A DNA stretch of 64,000 bases from assembly GCA_963835065.1 (NCBI GenBank), contig CAWIEK010000039.1:61244-125243 (forward strand). The letters are read 5' to 3'. Positions within the stretch are counted from its first letter, which is position 1; the number at the start of each line of letters is the position of its first letter. The DNA is from an uncultured Chthonomonadaceae bacterium. GTDB taxonomy: Bacteria; Armatimonadota; Chthonomonadetes; Chthonomonadales; Chthonomonadaceae. This document shows positions 8,904 through 18,448 of the stretch, piece by piece. The notes below the pieces were generated by a model, which was given only the letters and a program-made list of their open reading frames with translations, searched no databases and was not told the origin of the DNA. A program made the translations under genes and the position numbers.

Positions 8904-11900
8904 TTTGCTGCCTTACGTAGTTCGTTCAATGTTTGCTGCAATGCCTTCATCTGCTCGGCGTAGCCGCCCAAGTCTTCCTGCTTGAGTTTCTGCCGCGCCG
9001 TATCGTACTGCTGCCCCGCCCGATCAATTAAAGTCCGCACTTCGATGGGGAGGGTGTTGGGTGTTGGGGGAATTGCCGATTGGCGATTGCCGATTGCCGA
9101 TTGGGCTACTCCTGTTTCCTGTTCCCTGTTCCCTGTTCCCTGAAATAGCGTTGCTAGAGCCTTATCTAGCGTGTCATCCATGGCTACGCTGTTGCCGAAC
9201 GCGACGATGACCTTTTGCAGTTTGGGCAGTTTGTTAGCGGACGCGCTGGACTCGACGTACAAGGGCGCGATGTACAGCAGCGATTGCTCGATGGGAATGA
9301 CGAGCATGTTGCCAATGGACGCGGTAGAGCCGCCCTGCCGCAGCAAGGCCAGTTGCGGCGAAATCACCTTGTCGCTGTTGATGCGCTGCACGATCTGCGA
9401 CGGTCCTTCCACCGACACCTGCTGCGGAAACCGATACAGCACCAGTTGCCCGTAATTGTCGCCGTCACACCGCGCGCACATCCACCCCAATATGTTTTGA
9501 TCCTCTTTTTTAATCGGCGCAAGCGGCGACATAAGGACGAACTCAGAGGTTGAGGGTTGGGTGTTGGGTGTTGGGGAAATTGCCGGTTGCCGATTGCCGA
9601 CTGCTGATTGGTCTTCTTCTGTTCCCTGACCCCTGACCCCTGACCCCTGACCCCTGATGTCGGGCAGGCGCATAATCACGTAATACGGTTCCATTTGCGC
9701 GAGGGCGCTGGTGGGAGCGTTGGCGGATGTGGGTTCGGAGGGGTTGGGTTCGGTGGGCACGGCCCAGACGTCTTCGTTGGAGTAGAAGACGTGCGGGTCT
9801 TCGACGTGGTAGGTGGCGTAGACGGAACGCTGGATGCGGAACAGGTCTTCCGGGTAGCGCAGGTGGGCGCGCAGGCCGGTGGGCATGTCGGCAAGCGGCT
9901 TGAGCAGGCCGGGATAAATGTGCCCGTAGGTTTCGGCAATCGGGTCGTTCGGGTCGCTGACATACAGATTGATCGCGCCGTCATAGGCGTCAATCGTCGC
10001 TTTCACGCTGTTGCGGATATAGTTGGGCGCGATGAACTGCGTACCCGTCACCAACATCTGCTGCGGCAGTGGAATAGGGGTAGCGATCCGACATGGTGTA
10101 GCAGTCTATCACCCACACCAATTTGCCGTTATCGGGATTAAGAACCAGATACGGGTCGCCGTCCTGCTGCACGAACGGTGCAACCGTTTGCAGCCGATCC
10201 CGAATGTCGCGCCGGTACAAAATGCGGGTGCGCGGCGTCAGGTTGCTCGCCAGCATCAGGTTCCAATCGCCCAACTTCGCCGCAAACGCCAATCGCCGCA
10301 GGTACGAACCGCCGATTTCAATGCCGCCCTTGCCTTTGTAGGTAGCGTAGTGATCCTGGGTGACTGGTGGCTGGTGACTGGTGGCTGATTGGTCTGTTCC
10401 CTGTTCCCTATTCCCTGTTCCCTGACTCGACGGATAATCAAACTCCGGCTGCTGCGTGTCTACGTAGACTTGCTGGTAAGCGATCTGGCCGTAGTAGATT
10501 TCGGGTTGGGTAACGGTCAGGTTGGCGGCTTCCGCGCTGGCTTTGGGCGGGAAGCCATCAATGAAGTAATCCGGGTCGCCTTGCAGGGTTTTGTTGACGG
10601 GTGACATGACCAGTCCGTAGCCGTGCGTGTACGCGAGTTTCTGGTTTTGCCATGTTTGCGCGGAATCGGGAAGCGCGCTGCTGTCGAGTTCGCGAGCGGC
10701 AAGCATCACCTGCCGGGTTCGCCCGTTGATAACGTAGCGGTCAATGTCAATGTTGGGGGCGTGGCTGCCTCCGACTGTCACTGTCTCAAACTTGTAATAC
10801 TGCTTGATCGTCTGGATTTGGCTGTACACCTTGCCCAAGATAGGGATGATCCCACAGCCGCACGTTGTCAAGCGTGTCGCGGTTCGCCTGTATTTGCGCC
10901 CCCGTCAAACTCTGGTCGGCGGGGAAATTGTCCACGCGCTGCACGTTGGCAAGCCCGAAGCCCTGCCGCGTATAACGGATGTTGCGGGCGATATATTCCT
11001 TTTCGCGGTCAAACTGGTTGGGAACGACAAACGTTTTCTGCACCACGCTCGGCCAAATGCCGCCCAAAACAACAAGGCTGAACGCCCACGCGCCCGCGCC
11101 GATAAGGATGGCCTTGAAACTGCGCCCGCGAATGGAAAGCAGGCAGGCAATGCCGACAAAAACAAGCGCCGCAATCTGCGCATTGAGGGCAAACAAGCGC
11201 TGATGCACGTCCACATAGCCCGCGCCGACATAAATGCCGTTGTCATTGAGCAGCAGGTCGTAAGCGTTTAAGCGCGTACCGAACGCCTGCGCGAACGCGA
11301 TACAGGCCAGCAAAATCAGCAGTTGAGCGCGAACACCGGGGCGCAGGTCGGGAAGGCCGGCAAACGTTTCCACCGCGCGATCCGCAACGTGAATCGCCAC
11401 CACCGCAATCGAAGTCAGCAGCAGAACGCCCATCAGAAAAGAGTACACGGACGCCAGAAACGGCAGGCGAAACACATAAAAGCCGATGTCATTGCCGAAA
11501 ACCGGGTCGCTTATCTTAAAGGGTACGCCATGCGTAAATTCCAGCCAGCGCGGCCAATTTTCCGCCATGATGCGTCCTACCCACAGGCTGATAAACGCCG
11601 TCACGCTGAACAAAACCACGCCCAACGACTTTTGTATCGTCCGGCCCCACTCCGGCCCGAAGCGCTCCATCAACATCCGGTCGGCATATTCGGGCGCAAG
11701 GCGTCGCGCCGCCACAATGTTGCCGTAAACAACCGCAAAAAACAGCCCGCCGAACACAACGAACAGCAGGGTTTTCGCCCAAACCGTCGTGGTGAACACA
11801 TTGGTATAGCCCACTTCCTGAAACCACAGCCAATCCGTATACAGCGGCAGGGCGTTGTGGTACAGCAGGAAGAGACAGAATAGCAGGCCAAACGCAAGCC

Positions 11901-12024
11901 AGCGTTTGGGGAAAGGTCGGTGTTCGGTGTTCAGGTGTTCAGGTGTTCGGGCGGAGGGGGGCGGGGTTTTGGTACTGTTCCCTGTTCCCTGTTCCCTGTT
12001 CCCTTGTTCGGGTCGAGACTTCAT
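8900..12024 (-). CDS. UPF0182 family membrane protein, split by two frameshifts (~10840, ~10060)
   Basis: DWLWFQEVGY, DPVFGNDIGFYVFRLPF, NVRLWD, YTHGYG, DGDPY, NYIRNSVKATIDAYDG and HLRYPEDLF motifs across three consecutive ORFs. Confidence 0.9.
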
Positions 12025-12199
12025 AAAGCTCCTTCGCTGTGCAAGGGCGCGAAATACAGCATTGCGCCCGCCGTCAGTATACTATACGCCGCAGGAAGCG
12101 TCAACCGCTCGTATTTTCGTCATGTTCGCCACAAAGCAGTTAGGTTCACACTTACGCGGAAAGCGGTCAAAGAAAAATCAAGAGTTTTTTCTTTCCCTC

Positions 12200-12228
12200 T
12201 TGACATTCTGAACAACTTGCAGTATCAT
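12200..12228 (+). promoter_or_regulatory. Sigma70-type promoter TTGACA-N17-TATCAT
   Basis: -35 at 12200-12205, -10 at 12223-12228, 17-nt spacer. Confidence 0.8.
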
Positions 12229-12231
12229 AAG

Positions 12232-12259
12232 CACTGTAACTGTAATTACAGTTACAGTG
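12232..12259. promoter_or_regulatory. Perfect 28-bp palindrome CACTGTAACTGTAATTACAGTTACAGTG, probable operator
   Basis: Exact self-complement lying immediately 3' of the -10 box. Confidence 0.8.
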
Positions 12260-12279
12260 ACATACCGAATGAGGAATCA

Positions 12280-12813
12280 TTGGACAAATCAACCTTTACC
12301 ATCGAAGAACTTGCTCAGGAGATTAAAGACACTGCTGGCGAAGACGTGTCGGTACGAACCATCCGCTTTTACATCACTGAAGGCATCCTGCGGCGGCCTG
12401 ACGAGCGTGGAAAATTTTCTGTGGCGCATCTGGATCGTCTAAAATTGATTTTGCAGCTGAAGAAAGCCTTCACGCCGCTCCCGGAGATCAAACAGCAGCT
12501 TGCCTTGCTCAGTGATGGAGACGTTGCCGCGCAGTTAGGGCGTTTCGATGAACAAAGCCGGTTGCCTTCGCCTAACATTGCGGCGGAATACACGCAGCGT
12601 CTTCTGGCGAAAAGGAAGTCTGCTGCCGTTGATACACAGGCAGCGCTTCCCGCGCAGGTTCCTCCACAACCGGCGCAGGGAGAAAGCTGGCAACACATCA
12701 CGCTTGCGCCGGGCATAGAACTCCATGCCCGTCAGCCGCTTTCAACCGAAGCGCAGGATTATCTCAACGCGCTGCTTGCTTACGCGCAGACATTGCGCAA
12801 ACCCCGCAGCTAA
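12280..12813 (+). CDS. MerR-like helix-turn-helix regulator
   Basis: FTIEELA...SVRTIRFYITEGIL.RP...HLDRLKLI; GAGGA RBS before TTG 12280. Confidence 0.88.
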   Translation: MDKSTFTIEELAQEIKDTAGEDVSVRTIRFYITEGILRRPDERGKFSVAHLDRLKLILQLKKAFTPLPEIKQQLALLSDGDVAAQLGRFDEQSRLPSPNIAAEYTQRLLAKRKSAAVDTQAALPAQVPPQPAQGESWQHITLAPGIELHARQPLSTEAQDYLNALLAYAQTLRKPRS

Positions 12814-12873
12814 CCCGGCATGGTTTCTGCTTCCAATGTCAGGAACATGCCAAAACCGGAAAGGACGACTGCT

Positions 12874-14107
12874 ATGAATACCGATGCCGTTCGCTTGGAA
12901 GTGGGTCAGGATTGTTCTGTTCTCAGCGCTGAGACTGTCACCAAGCGGCTGATTGAAGCCACCGTGACCGCGCCCGATGCTGTTCGCGCCGCGGTTCGGT
13001 TGCCCCTGAATCTGGCGCTGATTATTGATCGCAGTGGCTCTATGTCCGGTCAAAAACTGGAGTTTGTCAAACAAGCCGCTTGCCATGTTCTGGACTGCCT
13101 GACGGAGCGCGATCAAGTCGCCATTGTCACATTCGATAACGAAGTTGAGGTTGTATCCGCAACCACGCCCATCACCCCACAGCAACGGAACCTTTTGAAA
13201 GCGCGTATTTGCGCTTTGCATACGGGCGGCAGTACAAACCTGTTCGACGGCTGGCTGCATGGCGTCCATGAAGTCGCCACGCATCTGATACCTACCGGCA
13301 TCAATCGCGCCTTACTCCTGACGGATGGCTGCGCCAATCAGGGCGAAACGCGCCGGGAAGTTCTGGAACACCATGCGCGCGAAATGCGGCTGCGCGGCGT
13401 GTCTACGTCCACATTCGGCGTTTCGCCTGATTACAATGAATTCCTTCTGGAAGGCATCGCCACCAATGGCGGCGGTAACTATCACTTTATTGAGCATCCC
13501 AACGACATTCCGCGCCTGTTTCAACAGGAGTTGGGCGAACTGCAAGCCATTACCGCGCGTCAGGCAACCCTGAAGTTTACTTTTCCTGCGGGAACCGCGC
13601 TCAATCTGCTTGGAGACCTGCCCCATGAAACGCTTGGCCGCGCAGTAACGGTTTCTCTGGGCGACTTGTTTGCGGGCAGCAAGCGCATCCTGTATGCGGA
13701 AGTTCTCACGCCGACGGGCAAGGCCGGAACTCTGACATTTCCCATCGAACTGTCTTATCTGGACCAAAGCCAAACGGTCCGAACGGAAACGGCAGCCGTC
13801 ACGTTTACCTACGACTTCAGAAAGCGCCGCAAAAGCCGCGCCCCGCGACTGGCTCCTGCGCCGACGAACGGCGGAACTGCGCGTCGCAACCGCAGAAGCC
13901 CGCGCCTTACGCATGGCCGAGGAAGGCAAGTATCAGGAAGCCGCCGAATCGCTGCTCAAGGTAGTCAATCACTACGCCAAACTGCTGGAACCGGGGCGCG
14001 TTACAGAACTGCAAGCGCTGGCGCAGACCATCCGCAATCAGCAACTCAGCAACATGGAACGCAAAAGCCGCCACGACATCGCTTATAAGAAGCGCTATAC
14101 TCGTTAG
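12874..14107 (+). CDS. von Willebrand factor type A domain protein (frameshift ~13815)
   Basis: MIDAS DRSGSM, GGSTNL and LLTDG motifs; helical C-terminus continues in the frame of ORF 13913..14107. Confidence 0.9.
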
Positions 14108-14245
14108 CCACAAGAAAAGCAGCGGCTGGCCGCGAGAGGATGCCAGAGAACACTCATTTTCTTGAGCGTTCCGGTCGCAGACCGGCTGGCCGCAGTCCCA
14201 TCAGACGGGTCGTTCACGACTCGGCTCTCTCAGGAGGAAACCAAA

Positions 14246-14531
14246 ATGACTTACGCAGAACGCATTGCCCGATGCCGTTGCCTTGATAACGGCATCGTTC
14301 AGGACAGAAATCATCTTCTACCCAGCAATGATGTGCGAATGCAGGCCGGAGATTACGAGTCGGGAAGAGTGGCTGGCAAGTGGGAGCCCAATCTTTCAAG
14401 GCATGCGCTGTGACCATCCCGGCGGTGCGCCCAGTGTCAACATCAAGTACCAGAAGATGTTTCAACGGGTGGCACACGGGAAATACATGCTGACCGAGGA
14501 TGGGAAAGCGCTGATAGCAGCACTCGTATAG
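14246..14531 (+). CDS. Small hypothetical protein, possibly winged-helix (probable frameshift ~14270)
   Basis: AGGAGG RBS before ATG 14246; continues in ORF 14265..14531 ending FQRVAHGKYMLTEDGK. Confidence 0.55.
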
Positions 14532-14561
14532 GGTGAGGCAAGGCGTCAACGCCAAACAATA

Positions 14562-14588
14562 TAATGCGCCGCTCATTACGGCGCATTA
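14562..14588. terminator. Hairpin between convergent genes
   Basis: 10-bp stem TAATGCGCCG / CGGCGCATTA. Confidence 0.55.
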
Positions 14589-15392
14589 CGGCTTTGGCGT
14601 AGTCTTGCCTTGCTGCGCAGTCAGCCTGTAGGTGAATCCGCCGCCGCCCCGACTCTGCTCGTCCATAATTTCGAGATAGTAGGTTCCTGACGCAGGAGCC
14701 GTGAAAACGATCTGCCGATCTGCTTTGGGACTTCCCACCGCAAGCGATAGCGAGATATGCCTGCTGTCCCGAATACGGACGACGGGATCAAGCTGGGAAT
14801 CGCCCCGGCCCGCGAACACGCGAAACTTCCACACTTCGCCCGCTTTGGCCTCGAATTTGAACGTGGAAGGCGTATCGTTTTCCACATTCCCGGTTACGGC
14901 GACAGAGGAGTCCGGCGTCAGCGTCAGCGGCATGGCCTGCGCAAACGTGCCGCTCGGCTTCTTTTCTTTTACTTCCACGCCTGCGCTGTCCACAATCGGA
15001 ATCTGCGCTGTTACCTTCCCGCCATCCGGCTGCACAAACGTCAGTTCCACATTTGCGAGTGGGCAGGTTGGCAGCGTCGTCACTTCCACGTCCACTTTTT
15101 GACTGCCCTTTTTCTTCTCGTCGCCTTCTGTTGCCTTTGCCGCGCCCAATTTTACCGCAACCCCCGGCTTGTTCGCTTTTACTTCTTTGGGCGTCAAATT
15201 CTCGCCATAAAATGTAAGCGTGACAGGCTTGCCGGCCACCACGTAGGGCAGGGAACGGGATTTTATCTCCGCCTTCCCCTCCGCCCGCGCAACCACGCCG
15301 CACCACAGGAGGCAGAGGAGAAGTGAACCACGGAGAACACGGAGGACACGGAGAGAAAATGAAGAGAAAAAGAGGGGGTTATATGGAGACAC
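14586..15392 (-). CDS. Secreted protein with a pre-peptidase C-terminal (PPC)-like domain
   Basis: Signal peptide ending ARA; FKFEAKAGE, LDPVVRIRD and FTAPASGTYYLEI...GGGFTYRL motifs. Confidence 0.8.
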   Translation of the reverse strand: MSPYNPLFFSSFSLRVLRVLRGSLLLCLLWCGVVARAEGKAEIKSRSLPYVVAGKPVTLTFYGENLTPKEVKANKPGVAVKLGAAKATEGDEKKKGSQKVDVEVTTLPTCPLANVELTFVQPDGGKVTAQIPIVDSAGVEVKEKKPSGTFAQAMPLTLTPDSSVAVTGNVENDTPSTFKFEAKAGEVWKFRVFAGRGDSQLDPVVRIRDSRHISLSLAVGSPKADRQIVFTAPASGTYYLEIMDEQSRGGGGFTYRLTAQQGKTTPKP

Positions 15393-15841
15393 GTTTGATA
15401 CCTTCCTTTAAGAGAGTGCGATTGAAGTTGAGGAGGTAGCCGCGTTTGAATTTCAACAACTTCAGGTAGGTCATAATCTGCGCTTGGTGGATAGTGTTGA
15501 GTTCGTCAACGGCTTTCAGTTCCAGCAACAGGCAATTTTCTACGATGATGTCGGCGCGGAAACCCGTGCCGAGGCATTGTTCACGATAGTAGACGGGTAC
15601 TTCCACTTCCTTTTGCGCCGAAATGCCCGCTTCTGCCAACTCTACCATCATGGCAAGTTCGTATACCGACTCCAACAGTCCCGGCCCAAGCTGCTTATGC
15701 ACGGCAAAAGCGGCATCCAAAACTCGTTGTATCAGTTCCTCATCACAATCTACCAACTCGTTTCTTTTCTCCATGTATTTCTCTCCTTGTTCTCCTTATT
15801 TCCCCTCATCTTTCTCCGTGTCCTCCGTGTTCTCCGTGGTT
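15326..15841. mobile_element. 516-bp cassette bounded by perfect 29-bp TIRs, carrying only a GxxExxY gene
   Basis: AACCACGGAGAACACGGAGGACACGGAGA (15326-15354) and its exact reverse complement (15813-15841); mobility is inferred. Confidence 0.7.
15379..15774 (-). CDS. GxxExxY family protein (PD-(D/E)XK-like)
   Basis: VHKQLGPGLLESVY, FRADIIVE, LELKAV, AQIMTYLK and GYLLNF motifs; AGGAG RBS. Confidence 0.95.
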   Translation of the reverse strand: MEKRNELVDCDEELIQRVLDAAFAVHKQLGPGLLESVYELAMMVELAEAGISAQKEVEVPVYYREQCLGTGFRADIIVENCLLLELKAVDELNTIHQAQIMTYLKLLKFKRGYLLNFNRTLLKEGIKRVSI

Positions 15842-17220
15842 TATTTCTTCCCCTGTGGTGTCAGCGCAATCTGGCGGATCAGTTTGCCGTCCTGCGCGTT
15901 CCAGAAGAGGAGTTTGCCGTCCTGTGTGCCGGCGGCGATGGTCTGGTTATCCTTGCCCACTGCCACGCTGTACACCCAATCGGTCGGCTCTTTCCATTCG
16001 CGCTTTTGCTGTGTGCCGTCGCCGTTGAACACTTTGACGACGTTGTTGCTTGCGCCCCACACGAGCAGATTGCCGTCATTGCTGAACACGCAGGCGTTGA
16101 TGCTGTCGCCCTCGCCCATCGTGCGGTCAGGGTTTTCAATGGTTCCGGGTTTGATCGTCCACACGCGGACGGTTTTGTCGAGGCTGGAAGTGGCGAGGCG
16201 GGTTCCATTCTGGTTGAAGGCAACGCGGGTCACGCCGTCCTGATGCGCGGTCAGGGCGGATTGGCGCTTCCACGTCGCGCTATCGAAAACTTTGGCGCTG
16301 CGGTCCAGGCTGCCGGTTGCCAGCAGTTTGCCGTCGGGGGAATAGGCAACGCCCATCACGCCCTCGGCATGGTCTTTAATGGTATGCGTACACTGGCCCG
16401 TGTCGCCGTTCCAGATACGCGCGGTTTTGTCCAGGCTGCCCGTCGCCAGTTCGCGGCTGTTGGGTTTCCACGCGACGGCATACACCACTTCCGTATGGCC
16501 TTCCAATTTGCGCAAAGGTTTCCACGTTTCCGCGTCGAAGATGACCACTTCGCCCGCTTTGCCCGGTTCGCCGCCCGCTGCCGCAAGGCATTTGCCGTCA
16601 CTGCTCCACGCCAGGCATTGCACCTGATCCGCGCAACCCGAAATGGTTTTGACCACTTCCCCGGTATTCGGATTCAGCAGCCGCACCACGCGAAACCCTC
16701 CCACCGCCAGCGTTGCGCCATCCGGGGAGTAGGCAAGTGCGGTAATGGGAGCAGGGGTGTTGGGTGTTGGGTGTTGGGTGTTGGGTGTTTTTCTGTTCCC
16801 TGTTCCCTGTTCCCTGTTCCCTCCCTCCGGCATCTGCGTACTGTCTATCTTTGCGCCTTCGTCAATCCAGCGGCGGACGAGGGCGATTTTTTCCAAATCC
16901 ATCGCGCCGCCGGGTGGCATTTTGGGCTTCAGTTCACCCGTCATATATTTGACGATCTGGCTTTCCGCGCCCTTGCCGAGCGTAATAGCCGCGCCGTGCC
17001 GCCCACCCGCAAGCAGTTTGTCGCGGGTTTCCATAGAATAGCCACTGGCAGGCGTAGCCCCGCTGTGGCAGCTCATGCACTGCGTTTTGAAGAGGGGCAA
17101 AATCTGGCGGCTGTAAGAAACCGGGGCAGGAGCCGCAGCCCGCGCCCCATTCGGCAATACCAAAAGGAGGGATAGCAGCATCAGGCAGGAAAGTAAAGTT
17201 TTCATACCCTGTTGGAGCAA
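15841..17220 (-). CDS. Planctomycete-type cytochrome c domain + WD40 repeat protein
   Basis: Signal peptide, CMSCH, MPP and WIDEGA, followed by about 7 WD40 repeats. Confidence 0.92.
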   Translation of the reverse strand: MLQQGMKTLLSCLMLLSLLLVLPNGARAAAPAPVSYSRQILPLFKTQCMSCHSGATPASGYSMETRDKLLAGGRHGAAITLGKGAESQIVKYMTGELKPKMPPGGAMDLEKIALVRRWIDEGAKIDSTQMPEGGNREQGTGNRKTPNTQHPTPNTPAPITALAYSPDGATLAVGGFRVVRLLNPNTGEVVKTISGCADQVQCLAWSSDGKCLAAAGGEPGKAGEVVIFDAETWKPLRKLEGHTEVVYAVAWKPNSRELATGSLDKTARIWNGDTGQCTHTIKDHAEGVMGVAYSPDGKLLATGSLDRSAKVFDSATWKRQSALTAHQDGVTRVAFNQNGTRLATSSLDKTVRVWTIKPGTIENPDRTMGEGDSINACVFSNDGNLLVWGASNNVVKVFNGDGTQQKREWKEPTDWVYSVAVGKDNQTIAAGTQDGKLLFWNAQDGKLIRQIALTPQGKK

Positions 17221-17370
17221 AGGAAAGCAAATATGTTGCAGGCGCGTTAAAGGGCCGGAGGAACACCGCGAACAAAGCGGAGTATAATAGAAGCATGAGC
17301 AACGTGGTCTGCGCGAATGGCAGCGAAAACCCCCTTGCCTGACCGTTCGGCAACGATGAGGAGGTATTCC

Positions 17371-17718
17371 ATGGAAATTACCGTAACCATTTCGGAGGAA
17401 ATGCAGCGCAAGTTAGAAGACTTGGCGCAGGAAAGCGGCTTGAGTGTAGCCGATTGCGCCCATGACATGCTGGAAGGCAATCTTGAACGATTGCATCTGT
17501 ATGCCTGGTCGGAGCCAAGCTACTACGAAGAAACCTTAGCCCGCTTCACGAATAGGACGCCGGAGCAGCTTGCCGAAGCGCGCTGCCGCGCGCTGGCCTC
17601 CGCGCCGCCACCGCGTCCTTTGCCGCCCGGTAAAACACTGGCCGATATGGTTTTCGGCAAGCTGCGCGATAACCATACGGACGAAGAAATTATCGCGATC
17701 CTAAAGGAGATGTCCTGA
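17371..17718 (+). CDS. Putative antitoxin (ribbon-helix-helix-like N-terminus)
   Basis: GAGGAGG RBS; MEITVTISEEMQRKLEDLAQESG; lies 2 nt upstream of a PIN gene. Confidence 0.7.
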   Translation: MEITVTISEEMQRKLEDLAQESGLSVADCAHDMLEGNLERLHLYAWSEPSYYEETLARFTNRTPEQLAEARCRALASAPPPRPLPPGKTLADMVFGKLRDNHTDEEIIAILKEMS

Positions 17719-17720
17719 CG

Positions 17721-18179
17721 ATGATTCCAAACTCTGACCTAATGGATACAAACATCTTTGTACATCTAATCCGAGGCGATTATACCGGGCTGCGCATCAA
17801 AGCGGAGTTGGACCCGTTTATGGCCGAAGTCAGACCCGGCTATTGTACCGTGACAAACGGCGAAATTCGATCATTTGCCAACACAAACAACTGGGGACGT
17901 GACAGAGTAAAGCAGATGCTCTTTATGCTCAGTTACTTCATTCCCTACTCGATAGAAACGCCGGAAATTTACACGGCCTACGCCACCATTGATGAGTACA
18001 GTCAGAGGAGAGGCATCAGAATGGGCAAAAACGATCTCTGGATTGCGGCAGTTGCCAGCGTGTCGAATTTCAGGCTGCTGACCACCGACGCCGACTTTGA
18101 TCATCTTGACACGGTGTTTCTGAACCGTGTTCGCATCGTCTATGATCAGGACAAGCAGATAGCGGAGGAACAGGCATGA
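17721..18179 (+). CDS. PIN-domain (VapC-like) toxin
   Basis: MDTNIF, GEI, MGKNDLWIAA and LLTTDADF motifs. Confidence 0.9.
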   Translation: MIPNSDLMDTNIFVHLIRGDYTGLRIKAELDPFMAEVRPGYCTVTNGEIRSFANTNNWGRDRVKQMLFMLSYFIPYSIETPEIYTAYATIDEYSQRRGIRMGKNDLWIAAVASVSNFRLLTTDADFDHLDTVFLNRVRIVYDQDKQIAEEQA

Positions 18180-18406
18180 ACGACGGGCAAGCAGAGGCTG
18201 AGGAACCGGAAGACCGGCTTGGCATGACGCCGGAGCAGTGGGAACAGTTTCAGGCGTTCACGCGAGGCTTTGGCGAACAGTCGGCAAGCGGCGTAGACAT
18301 TTCCCTCCTCCGCGCCAACCTGAAACTCACGCCGACAGAGCGGCTTAGAAAAATGTTTCGTTGCAGTTCCGTGCTGACGGGAGGACGTAATAGTAGAAAA
18401 GGATGA
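18176..18406 (+). CDS. Small hypothetical protein (GVDISLLRANLKLTPTERL type)
   Basis: ATGA overlap with the PIN gene; GGAGG RBS. Confidence 0.65.
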   Translation: MNDGQAEAEEPEDRLGMTPEQWEQFQAFTRGFGEQSASGVDISLLRANLKLTPTERLRKMFRCSSVLTGGRNSRKG

Positions 18407-18448
18407 AATAAGGTAGCGTTTATTCGCGTTCATTCGCGGCTATTCCCT

